Part shown: positions 36,227 to 49,370 of the stretch, piece after piece | Layout of the letters: each line of letters starts with the position of its first letter | How positions within the stretch are numbered: position 1 is the stretch's first letter | NCBI GenBank assembly: GCA_047967505.1 | Contig: CM106538.1 | Strand: one strand, 5' to 3' | DNA: 64,000 nt | Source of the DNA: Dipteris shenzhenensis | Lineage: Eukaryota | Notes under the pieces: generated by a model | Database searches by the model: none | Told to the model about the DNA's origin: nothing | The model's input: the letters and a program-made list of their open reading frames with translations, nothing else | Translations under genes and position numbers: made by a program

Positions 36227-38212
36227 GTGTGAGGAGCGATGGAGAGCGATGGAGCCTCCCCCTCGCCCGTACAGCCCCAACCTACCTCGCTTTTCTGCTT
36301 GCAAACTCCCGTGCTTGCTCCGTTATCCTCTTTCCCTGCTTCGTACATCCCCGTACCTTTGCAACTTGCAGCCGTACCTTTCTAGCCCGCATCGGTACCT
36401 TGCCCGTCTTCATCCATGCCTTTCCTGCACTCAGTCGTACCCTCTCTGCATTCCGTACAGACTGTACGGTCGTCCGTACAGTCCCAGCCTCATGTCGCCT
36501 CTGATTTCCGTACAGCCCCTCTGCATAGTATGTCCATACAGCCCGATTCTGGTCCTTTTGTACAGTCCGTACCTCTTTTGGAGCAGCCCTCTCTGTCTTG
36601 CTCTTTCCTTGATGCCTCTTCTTCCCCTTTTCCTGTTGCTTCGACAGATGCCTCGTTCGTGTTCTCTGCTTCAGCTCTTCTTTCTGCCTTTGCTCCCACA
36701 CGTGTTTTCATTCGGCAGAAGAGAGGTGTTTTGCTTCCTTCGTGCTCTTTCAAATCGGCGAAGCTAGATGTTGCAGATGGACCTTCCTCTCCTCTCCAGT
36801 TGGATCTTCTTCACCAGATGTGTGCTGGCTCCGTTACAGAAGTTCCTTCTTCGGCGGGTTCTCCTTTGGTTTGTTCTTTGGATTCTGCCCTTGTGATCTT
36901 TGGTCTTCGACAGGCTTAGCAGCTTGGGATCTGTCTCTACTTTATGGGCAGGGTTCTTTCTGCAGCTCACCTTCGTCGTTGGGCTGAAGCTGCCGTGGGT
37001 GTGGATGTCATTTCCTCCTTTGTCTTTATGGGCAAAGGGTTTTATTATGCCCACTGTTCTTTGACGGAGGTGGTGGAGCACCTTGTCAGTTGTGCTGGGG
37101 TTCCTGGGGCAGGTTTATTTGCTTATGTCATGCCCTGGGATCCTCTTTTTGATTCGGCAGCTTCTCTTTTGACTCATTGCCTGGTATGGATCATCCTCAA
37201 AGCACTGCCTGTTCCTCTTCTTCAGCATCTTTCTACCCTTGCAGCGCTCTTGGGGAGGCCTCTTCATGTTCCGAGACAGGAGTTTTTGCAGGCCACTCCG
37301 GATATTCAATATGATGCAGCCAGTGCCTTCTACTTTGGATCTTGATCTGGGTTTTGCCCATCCCATGCACATTTGGTTGCATTTTGCCTCTTTTCCTACA
37401 ACCTGTTATCGGTGCTGCCAGGTTGGTCATTTTGTACGTGCTTGCCCTTCTGCTTCCAAGACCACTCCTCCTGCTCCTTCCTCAGCAGTCAAGATTACTC
37501 CCCCTTCTCCTCCGGTCTCTACTATGGTTTCACTAGATAAGCCTTCATTCACTGCTCCGAAGCATTACTGGAGGAAGGTAGATAAATCACAGGCCCAATC
37601 TTGCTGCTGCTAAAGAAGCTCAGGCTCAGTCTCGTGTTGAGCACCAATAGTCTCCTTCTCCTCAGGATATGGATGTTCCTCTTGAAGAGGGGATTATACA
37701 AGCTGCGGTACATGTTTTATCTCAGGTTGATACTTGGAGTGAAGCTGAAACGATGAGTCGTGATTTATTTGATGCGGCTCCTTCAGATGGTACTGATGTT
37801 GATCCAGCTCCTTCGCCTGTGATGATCGTGCCAGAGTCTATTTCTGTTCAGGATGCAGATGTTCCTTTTTCTCTGGATTCTTTTCATCCTTGGTTACAAC
37901 AGGTTTTTGACCTTGTGATTTAAAAATTCCGACTGTTAGCTTATATTAAGAAGAATCACAAGGGCAAAAAACAGCTAGTTTTTATTGATGATGCAGTTAC
38001 TCCACTGCATCACTTTTTACAAAGCAACAATATGAAATTGGAGGATCTTTTGTTTGATTCTCCTCCAGTGGATATGTAACTTTTTACAGGGTTGCCTCAT
38101 GAGTTTTTCTCTGAGGCTTTACTTGTAAATTTTTTCTTTGTACCTATTGGTGGGTTTTTACCTCTTTTTGGGGTTTCCCACACAAAAATAAAAGATTTCA
38201 CTAAAAAAAAAA
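36227..38212 (+). mobile_element. ORF1-only LINE derivative (half-L1-like) with poly(A) and 18-bp TSD
   Basis: 5' CGTAC-rich subrepeats. Frameshifted L1 ORF1 (FMGKGFYY, VMPWDPLFD, VWIILKALP, CYRCCQVGHFVRAC at 37404-37445). AATAAA at ~38187, A10 at 38203-38212. (GT)8AG flanks both sides (36209-36226 / 38213-38230). Confidence 0.82.
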
Positions 38213-39107
38213 GTGTGTGTGTGTGTGTAGATAGATATCTATACATATACAAATATATACACACACACACACACAAGCACAAGTTAATGGAGATGATCCC
38301 GTGGAAACAAGTCTGAAATCTCCCTTTTCTATTAGATAACATCGTTGGGTTCGTATGGGTAATGACAGAATTTGCCTTGTGTTGTTGTATTCAGTTTGCT
38401 CTCAACTTGTAAGAAGCCCTGCTATTGACACTGATTGATAATCGGCAAGTGTGCATGCCATCCATAATAGAATCACATAACTAGGGATATTGAACCAGTT
38501 TCCCTTCGTACCATGGGTTCCTTTAGCTACTTGGGCCCCGAATTTCTAGGACAAATGCCATTTCGGTACAGGTCTGGTCATGTGAGGATGAGGATCATGG
38601 TTTTGCATGATAGTCTAATGTGCTCTTATCCCCACATGAAAGAAGCAAAAGCAAACTTATTTTCACAAACCTATTGCTACTGCATAAACTTCTTTAGACT
38701 CTTGCAAACTGAAAGCACAACTACATCACAAGACTATACTAGTTCTTCAAGTTCATTTAGCCTCTTGTAAACTGCATGCGTGCTAGACTATGCTGCCGTC
38801 ATGGAAAAATAACATCCTATCTTGCCCAGTGCCAGTTCTTGGCAAAAGCAATACCACGCAAGTACATGTAGATTGGGGTGCCCCACCATTGGTGACCCAA
38901 TTCTGGTGTGCTATAGCCTCTATTGCTGTGTCTCTTTGCTTTTCCATGGTGTATCTAGTAATTCTTTGGATTCAGGAATAGATTTTCAGTGCATTCATTT
39001 CGATCTTTTGGCTCTTAAATTTTACAAAGGATATGATTTTTACTGTTTTGCCTTGAATAATTCACAAAGGCAACTTTCTGAACTACTTGTGAACTTCTCT
39101 TTGTCAG

Positions 39108-39152
39108 ATTGTTCCTCCTTTGGAACCTCTCGCCACAACTGATTTCAGCCTT
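39108..39152 (+). CDS. TRAPPC13: TRAPPC13-like exon (IVPPLEPLATTDFSL)
   Basis: ttgtcag acceptor and gtaagc donor, 45 nt, phase 0. The spliced peptide resembles the C-terminus of plant TRAPP complex subunit 13 as I recall it. Confidence 0.75.
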
Positions 39153-39259
39153 GTAAGCTTCTTTGATACATATTCGTAATTAGCATCATGTTTAGAGCTA
39201 TAGATGTATTCATGATGTTTTACACTGGATGTAATTCTAACTTTTTTGTATTTTTTCAG

Positions 39260-39358
39260 TCTCTTGTTGCTACAGCTGTTGATGTTCAAAAAATAGCTGG
39301 AATAGGAATTGTGGATGCCCGAGATGGGAAGCCCTACGATACTTTGCTTGCTACAGAG
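39260..39358 (+). CDS. TRAPPC13: TRAPPC13-like exon (SLVATAVDVQKIAGIGIVDARDGKPYDTLLATE)
   Basis: ttttttcag acceptor and gtagta donor, 99 nt, phase 0. VQKIAGI..D.R....YD pattern. Confidence 0.78.
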
Positions 39359-39555
39359 GTAGTAAATACTCAAATTCTGCTTCTAAGTAAACGAGTTAAT
39401 ATTTGATTTATCAACATGTAGAGTTCTCTAAGGGTAGATATCTAACTAGTGTGAAGTTTAGTATCGTGCCTTTCTTATACTAGCAATTTCCAAATAGCAT
39501 GTTTTGTCTTACAAAAGAACATATTTTCAAATGGCATGTTTTGTGTTGTTTTCAG

Positions 39556-39609
39556 ATGATGAGTTTGGGCATGTTTCTGGATTCACCTAGATATAAATTT
39601 GTCTTATAA
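39556..39609 (+). other. Possible alternative terminal exon (MMSLGMFLDSPRYKFVL*)
   Basis: Strong acceptor gttttcag, in phase with the preceding exon; no homology support. Confidence 0.25.
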
Positions 39610-40559
39610 ACGAACAATCTATTTAAAAGAGAATAATGATGAAAAGATCCGATGAAGGGTAGTAAGAAATGCTCAACTTGCAGTTCTGCATGTGATATTG
39701 TATAAAACATTAGGAGACCAGATCTTACAAAAGCGCTCACAATGCTCAGATGTCTTGTGAGATGTCTTTTGATCTTGTTTCTAGATAGAGCACAAGGTGT
39801 AGATGATGTCAAGCTAGATGCCCACAAGGGACATTGCTGGTTGGATTGAGATCTTTTGAGGTGGAAATCTAAGTTTGCAGGTGGAGATATTGTGATCATG
39901 TCCATATATTTGGGCAACGGTTACCCGAAGTTCCTTAATGAGAGCATCTAGGCATTCAGCCATGCGTGGCCCTTTGTATGAGCTCGTTGCCATAATCACA
40001 CTCTATTATCTTTGCCAAGAGATGGACTTGACTTTATATGTTTTTTTTTAAACCAATAGTTGAGAGGCTGAACTTAATCCCTTGGTGTAGTTTTTTAATG
40101 GTTTGCATTGCTGATTTTTTGTTCTGTTTTATTGCATATTTTGTTCCAAAAAGAGGGTTCTCCCTCGTGGTTGTAGGGGAATAGTGGACATTCTATAGGC
40201 ACTCTCCTCGTCTACATCATTCATTGCTAGTTCCAATAGGAAATTCTGGGTTGCATCTATCAAATGCTTTGGCATTGCCAATTCAAGAAGAATTTAATCA
40301 CTCTTATTACTACTTGCTTATAACTCCACATGCAAGCGCATGTGTGTGCACACATATGGTGTTTAAATTCCCAACTTGAAATAAGATTATCTCGACGGTG
40401 CTCTAAAAACTAGAGTATGGTGCACACTCCATAAGGGTGTGTTGCTGGGTTTTCACCCCATGCCTGATTCAAAGTAGATATAGCTGTTTCTCCCATGGTG
40501 CTAGCGGTCTCTCACATCTCCTGTTCCTCTAGGTGCTAGCAATTTCTGTTCCTCTAGGT

Positions 40560-41490
40560 GCTAGCATCTAGGCTCACAATTGATGTGAGCCTAGGTATTT
40601 GTCTCTGGGTGGGCCCTGCCTTTGGTCTTCGGAACCAGCCTCTGGTGTCCGTGCTCCACCCTGAATGTAGAAACTTTGCTCTTGATTGCTTATGCTTCCT
40701 GCAGCTAGCTTCCCGAGTTTGGCAAGGAATCTTGTCGGCTGTCATGCTCTGTAGTCTACTGGTGTATCCGACTACTCTCTTCATTTTGGGAAGTTCCTAG
40801 GGAAAATGCCTAGTCTCCAAGAGGAGAAAAGAGTATGTTGTAGTTCTTGGACCCTTGGGAAATTGCTCCAAATTTGTTTCCAGACTTCTTTCAGCTCGTT
40901 TCAAGCATCCAATAAGAGGCTGTTTCCCTAGGCCTCAACCCTACATAGCCGCACGACGTGACACATGTATCAAATAAGCATTATCTTCAATTGCCAACAC
41001 CATATGCCAGACAATCTACACAAGTTGAGAAGCATAGAATTGGCGCCTTCTTGCCTCTCTTCTTTTCTCCCTCCATTTATGCGATCAGTGATTGGAGAAA
41101 AACTCAATCAAAGGTAATTCAACTTATTCACAACCTCCACCTGTTTGCCCTTGGAGAAGAATATCGAATAGTGTCCATGTGAATCTCAACTAGGATGACC
41201 TTTGTCTTGTTTGCATTCACTCTAAGCCCACTGTGTTGGCAACATTACTCCAAGGAATGCATATTTTTCCTGCCTTATATCTTGGAGCACGAGGAAAGAT
41301 TTACATTATCCACATACAGTAGGAGCATGATGATTGTCTGCCCGTTCAAGGGATCAGAAGTCCAGTCTTGCTGAGGATATCCCATTAACCTTTGTTCCAG
41401 TTTAGGCCAAACAGACTGGGAGAGAGTGGGCAGCCTTGCTTGACCCCAGTGTTGGCCGACCTGGCAGTGTATTTGCTTGACCCCCTATTT
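40560..41490 (-). mobile_element. LINE (RTE/L1-type) reverse transcriptase fragment within the last intron
   Basis: GVKQGCPLSPSLFGL and LLYVDNV motifs, degraded. Confidence 0.75.
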
Positions 41491-41784
41491 GCAATTGTAA
41501 TAAGATATAGGACAGTGGCAAGTGATTTACAACCAAACATGAAAGAGAAGCAAACGAAGCAACCACGATAAATTACAGGGAGACAGTGACTGAAAATGCA
41601 GAGACAATTTTTTATAGAAAGGGTAGTGAAAGGCGGATCGAATAGAGAAAAGGGAAGATAAAAGATAGACTTGCTCATTTTCCTTTTCTTGTGTGGGGGA
41701 CAAGTGTTTGTGAAGCTTGCTTGGCTTTAAACATTAGAGATGTATGTCATCTTTGAAGCTCTTTTGTTGAACTAACACATGCAG

Positions 41785-41805
41785 GTATTTGTGGAGCCAC
41801 ATTAG
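41785..41805 (+). CDS. TRAPPC13: TRAPPC13-like terminal coding exon (VFVEPH*)
   Basis: CTAAC branch point and GCAG acceptor. Gives ..TE|VFVEPH*, matching the E(I/V)FV(E/D) ending of the family. Confidence 0.7.
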   Translation, partial: VFVEPH

Positions 41806-42899
41806 CAGTCAATAAGCACTGTGCTCACAGCAACATTCAGATCTTCAATAATATGAGTGTTCTGTGTCTCAAAGGTCAGGCTTTTTGTCAAGTGACGCCC
41901 ACCTGGAGCCTTGAGAGTTATTACTGGTCTGGTCTTTCTTACAATGTGCCATACTTCGAAGCTGTACCGAATTGTTGGATCACTCCCTGTTTAGTTTGTT
42001 GATGAATCAAGTCTCATCTGTACATCACAAGGGGAAACAGCATGATTCCCATCAAATATTTGACTGCAGGAGTTCCAATGAAGTTTGCTCTGGCAGTCTA
42101 ATTTATCTCGGATCTTTATAGTCCAACATGGACGCTAAAAGTCTACCAAATGGCTGGGTTAGAAATGAGGTTCTTGGGTCTTGAAAAGGGATATTTTTTG
42201 GACCTTACATCCATATGAACACTGAGCACATATAAAACATGTAAATTTTGTTCTTTAAGGCAATCATATACCATTATTAATTTTTAACAAAGCTTAATGC
42301 AACCACCATTTCTTGTTCACTTTCATTTTTGAGATCTTGTTCTCAGACATTCAAAAACTGATTCCTTGCTGTGAAGAACTTTAAAGAGCTGATTGCGCAC
42401 ATTACCATGATTGATTTCTTACTGCGGCTGGAAGTGACACGTGTAAATCTTGCATAGATTCCCTTGGATGTTTTCTTTTGGGGTGATTTAATGTTGTCTT
42501 TCAAGACTTATACTTGGGAAATAATAAAAAATGTTGACTGAATCACTTAGTCTGAATGTGTTTATCTCCAGGTGGCTGCCCTAAGAGGGAGGAAAGGGAG
42601 AGAAGAAGGGTCAAGGGAGGGGCGTAAGCAGAGGGAGTAGGAGAGTGCGGATGTGGGAATAGTAGAGGGTCTGATTTCTGAATGTTGGAAAGGGAGAGAA
42701 GAAGGGGCAGAGAGAGGGATGTAAGCAGAGGGAGTAGGAGAGTGAGGACATGGGAATCGTAGAGGGTCTGTATTCCAATGATTTCTGAATTTTGGATAAT
42801 AGGGGAGGTTTGCGCCCTTTTGGTGCACCCCATTTTCCAATTTGAGTTCTGTAAGAAAACATTTCACTTCGAAAGACAAAACATGTTTTTAAGAACCCC

Positions 42900-43690
42900 A
42901 ACAATTGATGACTTGTTGCAAGTCCGAGACAGCTTTGAAAGAGCTTGGGGATGTGTGTCAGGAGGTGTGTAGTTTGGCATTGTAGCAGGTATGTAGGTCA
43001 TGATGAAAGTGGACATATATGACCCATAGGGTGGTGGTGGGATGTCTCGTGGGGACTTTTGGGGGGGGAGGGGGGAGTGCGAGTAAGATATGGTAAAAGC
43101 AGGAACGCATGATCTGTTCTTGGTGGTGGGTCTAACATATAGAAGTCTGAAATGATGCAAAGCAGGGGGACCCCACAAGATAATCCACCAAGTTGGACCC
43201 TCCTCTACTTGGAAAGTAAGTTAAACGTTTGGACAAAGTCCGTCTCTCCATACCATTGTAGATAAAGATAACTAGGCCATCAATGAAACCCAACTCTAAG
43301 AGCGAAGTATTATTGCTATTGATTTTCGTAAACCTAGATGCTGAGTATGTTATGTATGAGTGTCCCTTGATGGTAGGCATTGTAGAAAGAAAGCCATTCA
43401 ACTTGGCCTGCATCTCTCTGGTGCAGGCATTGAAGTCTCCTACTAGCAGTAAGTATTTACTGTGGAAGAGGGTGCGGTAAGGATGGGAGTCTCTCTTTTG
43501 AGCCAAAGCTTTTACATATTTAGATGTGGCCAACAATAAATGCAAAACTGTGATGTGCAACACCAATGAAGGTGTCAATGGTATGCTAAGTCAGACGAAT
43601 GGCATGATGTTGGTTTCATGACCTTAACCACCCCTCGCACATGAACAAAAAGAGTTAGCCAACCCCTCCAAACTTTTGACACAACTATTC
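42900..43690 (-). mobile_element. LINE AP-endonuclease fragment
   Basis: LLVGDFNA, LTYFPSRGGSNLVDYL motifs. Confidence 0.78.
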
Positions 43691-44069
43691 TCCAAAAGGC
43701 CCACTTGCAGCGATCCCTATATTGCAATTAGTTCATTGTAAGGACTCGTTGCTTTGGTACTTTGGTGGGCCTTTGTGTAGTGTACAATCTCTCTACCTAT
43801 GTAGGCGTGAGCAAAGCTACTTGGCGTTGACGTAGGGCTATCATTGCAATTTCACTTTGCTGTGTGAGTGCCTTGGACATGATATTGTCACGTTGTTGGC
43901 TGTCCATAATGTCAACCTTGCTTCCTCTGTAAACAACTATTTTGCTCTTTCCCTTGGCCTTGTTTTGTGCTTGTTTTTTGGTGCTGGAGATGCATTTTGG
44001 TCAAGCCTTCATTCATACAAAATTGAGTGCTCTTTAAATTGGAGGACAAAGCAGCATTACAATTCTGTT

Positions 44070-44669
44070 TAATCTTACATGGGAGGCACATGGAAGGGGT
44101 TTTTGGACAAAAAATCCTCAAAACTGTCTCGGCATGGTTTGCCAATCGGTGTAGATAGGGCAAGAGACTTGAGTGAAGAATTGTATCCATGCAATCCCCC
44201 ATTAAAGTGGGTGGGATAATGTACGTGTTAGTGGGATTTTGATCCATCTTCTTTGCATTGTCATCCGCAAACAACGTTGTCAAAGGGTCAAAGTGTTGCC
44301 AATCGATGTTGGCCAAGCACTTCCAAACTTGGGCTTCGCACGCCCTTGTCCTCTTCCTACATTTGTGGCGTGTGTGGTACATTTATCCTGGCTATACCCA
44401 AACACAAAGAAGGGTGTGTAGCTAGTGGCTTGGCGACATTCTCCCTTTAGCAGGCCCAACAATGTCTGTAGATTGTCCTGTTGTACCGAGCTCCAAATAG
44501 CTACATCAAACTGCCTCACCACCTCATGTAGGAACTTGGCCACACCAGGTCTTAACAGGACCCAGTGGTCTAACGCCTTGGCCAACAAGGCACCCTGAGT
44601 CTTCAGCCTCCTATGCAGCAACACCCCGTTCAAATAAAAAATCAGCAGCTTCCTCGAAGTTAGGGGCAA
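44070..44669 (-). pseudogene. FCP1/NIF-family HAD phosphatase domain (frameshifted)
   Basis: KLLIFYLNGVL (DLNG motif I with D>Y), LRPGVAKFL..FDVAIWSS, SQDKCT, then in the shifted frame TLFADDNAKK..NP. Confidence 0.8.
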
Positions 44670-44750
44670 CTATTCATAGCCACAAGCTCAATGAGATTAC
44701 AACAGTGCAAATATTGCATAAGGAAAAACCAAATTGTACGTAGTTGAATT

Positions 44751-45700
44751 TCAACAAACATTCATGCAGATGTCAAACTTGAATCCATACTCTGCCTCTT
44801 CTTCCCCTCCCTCTGTGGTGACGCACAAGACTCTCCGCCCTTCTTGCACTGCGGGTTCTGCCAAATCTCGGCACCCTGCATTGCAATGGAGGTGCGTGTC
44901 TCCATGTTCTGATGAGAAGGCCTGTAACAACCTCGCCCAAAACAATCGTCCAAAACATTCGTTGCATGCCACCTACCATAACACTAAAAATCAATGCAAG
45001 CCTGGCTTGTGTTTCGAACTTTGCCAAATCTATTACACAATTGCTAAGCAGTACCTCGCACGGAGATATCATTCGCATCGCGCACCCATTCCGCGATGCT
45101 GATCTCATCCTCCACGAAGTCATCCAAGGGGGTGGCCCTATGCTCCTTACCTTGGTGCATGTACACCATTACATGCATCACGTAGACCTACATATAACAC
45201 ATACATGAACAAATCAGAATATGTGTAACATATGCATCATGTGATCATGTCTTGAAAAACCCTTTCATGATTACAGCACGTACCTCTCTTTTTCCCTGCA
45301 CACATATTGTGGTTTCTGAGTGCACCACCTACGAGCAAAAAAACATCCACTTCTGGCGTCCTGTTTCTTCACATAGACACGTATCCTTTGAAGTTCTCGT
45401 AATTTCGCTCGTTTCGTAGTGAACTTCTTGCTTGGAATGGATTGTATATAACAACCCGCCATTTCGGTGGAATGTGCTCGGTGGATGTCTCCATGCACAT
45501 AGACATCTCACATGCAACATCAAGATGCCTCTCTCAGACCTCCTCGTCCCTAGCTGCGTTCAAGAAACTCACAGTTACAAGTTTCTCAACAACGGATTAT
45601 TGATTTGCATGGATCCTGTTTCTTCTAGGCCCTACTTACAAGTGGATTGTTTGCATTCTCTTGGTAGGTCCTCGTTCTCTTTGCATCCACCTGATGCTTT
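44751..45700 (-). pseudogene. Degenerate beta-class N4/N6 DNA methyltransferase-like segment
   Basis: RLLQAFSSEHGDTHLHCNAGCRDLAEPAVQEGRRVLCV parallels the LI..FS..GD.VLD.F.GSG....A....GR...G.E SAM-binding end. WRVVIYNPF upstream (45432-45462) lies where catalytic motif IV would be. Both motifs are imperfect. Confidence 0.5.
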
Positions 45701-46099
45701 TATGTTTGCAGTTGTGGCCACATCAACTATGGCTGTAGGAGCTAATGAAATTTATGTTTTAGAATGTTGTTTAGAACAATAATTAAAAAACAAAGGAGCA
45801 TGCTACTTGTGTTTTTGGGTTGGATGTGTGGACGCAGTTGTACCCCCATCTGCAATAGTGGATTGAGGGCCAACTGGCAGCGGTCCCACTTGATTACTTT
45901 GTGTCGGTAATTCGTCAAGCGCTTGCCTTGCTGCATCTAGGAATTCTGCCACACGAAGCTCCTCCACACCTTGATCTCCACATTGAGCTTTTCCCCCTGC
46001 AGCTCCTGTTCGGGTGCTTCCAACTTGTGCAGCAGCCAGTGGCTCTGTTTCTGCATACATTGCCAATTATTTGAGGCCCCTAAAAAAAATTAAAAACAA

Positions 46100-49000
46100 C
46101 GTTCATGCGACTCTTAATCCAACTCGATTTTTATCACAATCTTGTCTCGTTCCAAGTCTATTGGGTTTATCAGGCCTCCTGATCTTTTTTTCTGCCCCCT
46201 CGTTCTTTCAATCACTTTGTTGCCCGCTCTAGTAGATGTAGGCGCCCTCACCTTGCTTGCTTCACTTTCCGGTAGCGTAGAGTCCTTTGTAAGTACATAA
46301 AATAACTTGGAAGAGAAATATTTTGGGGGAGACTTGAGTTTGTACATACCATCATTGCAGGCTTTTGTGGTTCTTCGGGCCCCCTTACTTTGTTATACAT
46401 CATGTACATTTCTTTCTCCTCACGTGGGTGCTCCCCTTCAGGATAATCCAAGAATAGCGGGCACTTCTTGTACACTTCCTTCGGCCACTTTTGATCCAAC
46501 TGGAACTCCTCATACATTGATGTGTCCGGATCATTTATCGTGGCCCAATCCTCGCATCGCTCGGCAAATGGCTTACGGCTCGGTTTGCCACTTCTACAGA
46601 CATGAAACTGGCACATCCAAAAGGCTGAGCCCACCAGGTTAGTCTCTCCACTATGAAACACAAACACATCTCACAAAAAAACATGTGTCATCAAAGCATA
46701 CCGATACACATACCTCCAGTGAGAGCTTTGCACCTTCCTGGGCTGTCAAGGTAGTACCAGGCTTGAAATTTTTGTGGACCCGCATGAAGAGGTGCTCGCT
46801 ATGTTTCACTTGGTTTCCTACGTGTGTTTGAAGAACTTATTCTCGTCGCACTCAATTGAGTAGAAATTTCTCCAGCGCCGTAAAATGTGGAGTCCTACTT
46901 CATGCATCTTGGACCACACTGTCTCCCATCTCAACCAGGTCCTGAAAACCACACCTCCATCTATAGAAAAGCACCCAAAACAAGTGTTCATCAAAAGAGC
47001 AATGACAACATGATTCAAAAGCAAATAAGCCTATTCATCATGGGTTTAGGGTGTGCTGAAGCATACGCTCAGGAATGCCCATCATGACACGCATCCCCTT
47101 GTCATCGCTTGTCAGAGCTTCCATAGACCTTACTTTATCGTCCTCGGTCAACCTCGACGTTGCAAGGCTATATAGCCTCTCTTCATTGATCGCCCCTGGG
47201 GGGCTTTATCCCCAAGTCTAGAGTGGTGACAATCCTACAAATCGAAGTGGTTTCAAAAAACAATCACTTCGTATGCAAGCTTGTCATCTAATTGTTTTCC
47301 TTCCACATGTAATCTCCACAATTCACTTACTTGTACCATCTTGCCCCTAGTGCAGGGTCAGCCAACTTCAAGAGTTGACACATACGCTTCAGCTTGTCGT
47401 TCACAGTGTAGTATGCTTCGCTCCATTTCTTTCGAAAGTCAACATCCGACAACTCGCTGCAACTATGCATGACTGGATGCAAGTGTTTGTCATACGTGTC
47501 ATTCGTTGCCTTGTCATCAAACATATTGCAATAACTAAAGAAGGAAAGGGAAAAGTGTCTCGTTATTGATCCTTACCTTCCACATCACCTATGTGATTAT
47601 TAGAAGAGGGTTTTTGTACCAATGAACTTTCATAGCTGCCTTCTTCCTGTGGGCGTCTAGCCACTCTTTCTGCTCAGTTGACAATCTTCGGTGAGTTGCC
47701 ACATCTGATATAGCACCCAACACTCTGGCCTTGCAAATGAGGTTCAAAAAAGTGGAGGTGACAATGTTCTGTGCTAGCCTAGCGTCAAAAGCAACATATT
47801 AAACGATCCTCCAGTGAGGGTGAGGCAGCTAAAGACACAGTGCATTCATTAGGAATCATCGAACTCACCTATTCGTCCTTGATAACACAAACAATAACTC
47901 TCCTTCATCTTCTGAGGGCACCTCCACTAAATGGCATTGGACGCGTATATGCCGGTGCTCGTCATTAGGAAAGGCTGTCACTCAAAAGAAAAAGAAGAAT
48001 TCATGAGTTGAAAACAAATGAAACGTGGCTACTAATGTTGAATCACCCAAATCAATGGACTACAATACTTACATGTCCTTATCTCGGTCATCCACCCTAT
48101 GTGGCCATGGTTCCCATCCCAAATGTAAAATAAGGAATTGGACAAGAACGCCCACTCTGTGTTCCTAATTTCTTCCTCAAATTCTTCGTGCTTCTGGAGC
48201 CACAGTGTGCATTCCACTCCCTTTTCACATCCTCGTCCACGTCTCTCTTCTGCATCTTTGGTGTGGAGGTGAGCACGATGAGGACACCCAAACCCAGCAA
48301 GTACCCACTTGAGAAGAATGTTTCCTGCATCTCTTGGGTACGGGATGTGATCTGGCAGATAGTGGGCATTGGGAGCAATCGACACAAGGGGATCGAAGGC
48401 AGAGGGATTATTTTTTCCACCTTGAAAGGAATTTTTTTTAAAAAAGCCCAAACATTCGTTCTCACTCCGTGCCTTGAGATTATAGACCTTGAAAAGACCG
48501 AACTACTCACAGTGAATGTTTGTAGCTGGTCCTCAATGCACTCCCACACGATTTTCTTGTTGCAGGAGGCACTCAGTGCGGTCTCTCCAAGGATACCCTC
48601 CTCGTCATCGTCCTCAGACTCCTCTCTAGCCAGTCACTTTGGTGCATGTTGACCTCAACCTTTGCTACGTTGCCCCCGGGAAGAGGGTGTGCTCACACTT
48701 TTACTACATCCTTTGGAATCCCGCTTAGAAGCGCTGATGGTAGCCCTAACAGATGTTGCCAAGGCTCCGTGGAGTTACGAGGATAGGCCTCCCATCGATG
48801 ATGCACTGATAACAGTCTGCACGTTCAAGGGATCGAGCCAAATTTTCCTTCTTCATCTACCTCCCCCTTGTGTTAACGTAGCACCCCTGAGACCATGCAG
48901 TCTTCCTCTCGCAGAAGTTGCGCCCCCCGTCGGAGGCATGTCCTCATCATCGAGCTGGGCTATATCATCAAGTCTCTATTCACAAAAATTGGTAAAATGG

Positions 49001-49370
49001 GTTCAAGAAAATCCAACAAAGCCCACTCTAAGCTCATGCAAAGGAAGGACATGATAGAAGAGCTCACCACTTATTCAATGGGCCACACAAGTAACGCGTT
49101 CTCTTTGAGGTCCACTTCAGCCCCATCCTTGTTGATTCCTTTAAACAGGGCCTTATCATACATGCACGAAATGATGACACCAACATCGCCAAATCGAATG
49201 CCTTCCGACTCATGTGTCTGCCTGAGCCACGGGATCGTATTTGTCATCATACAAGATGACGATGTCATCTCACTTGAATGCGGGTGATGCCATTCTTGCT
49301 AGGATGCGGATTGAGGATACGGTACAAAGTTAGGGTTTGCAAGACCTACATTCATGGCACAAAAACCCTC
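46100..49370 (-). pseudogene. Spliced gene relic with a ParB/Srx-like domain
   Basis: IPLCRLLPMPT..FFSSGY..W..FEEEI..FYIWDGNHGHIGW (48101-48130; DGNHR-type motif). Minus-strand GTAAG donors near 48078, 47575, 47330 and 45150. Confidence 0.6.

Noticed and set aside
36201-36760. Overlapping ORFs at the start of the half-LINE
   Set aside because: Arise from CGTAC-rich 5' UTR subrepeats; no domain signature.
39188-39406. 72-aa ORF as a standalone gene
   Set aside because: It is a 99-nt exon with intronic read-through on both sides.
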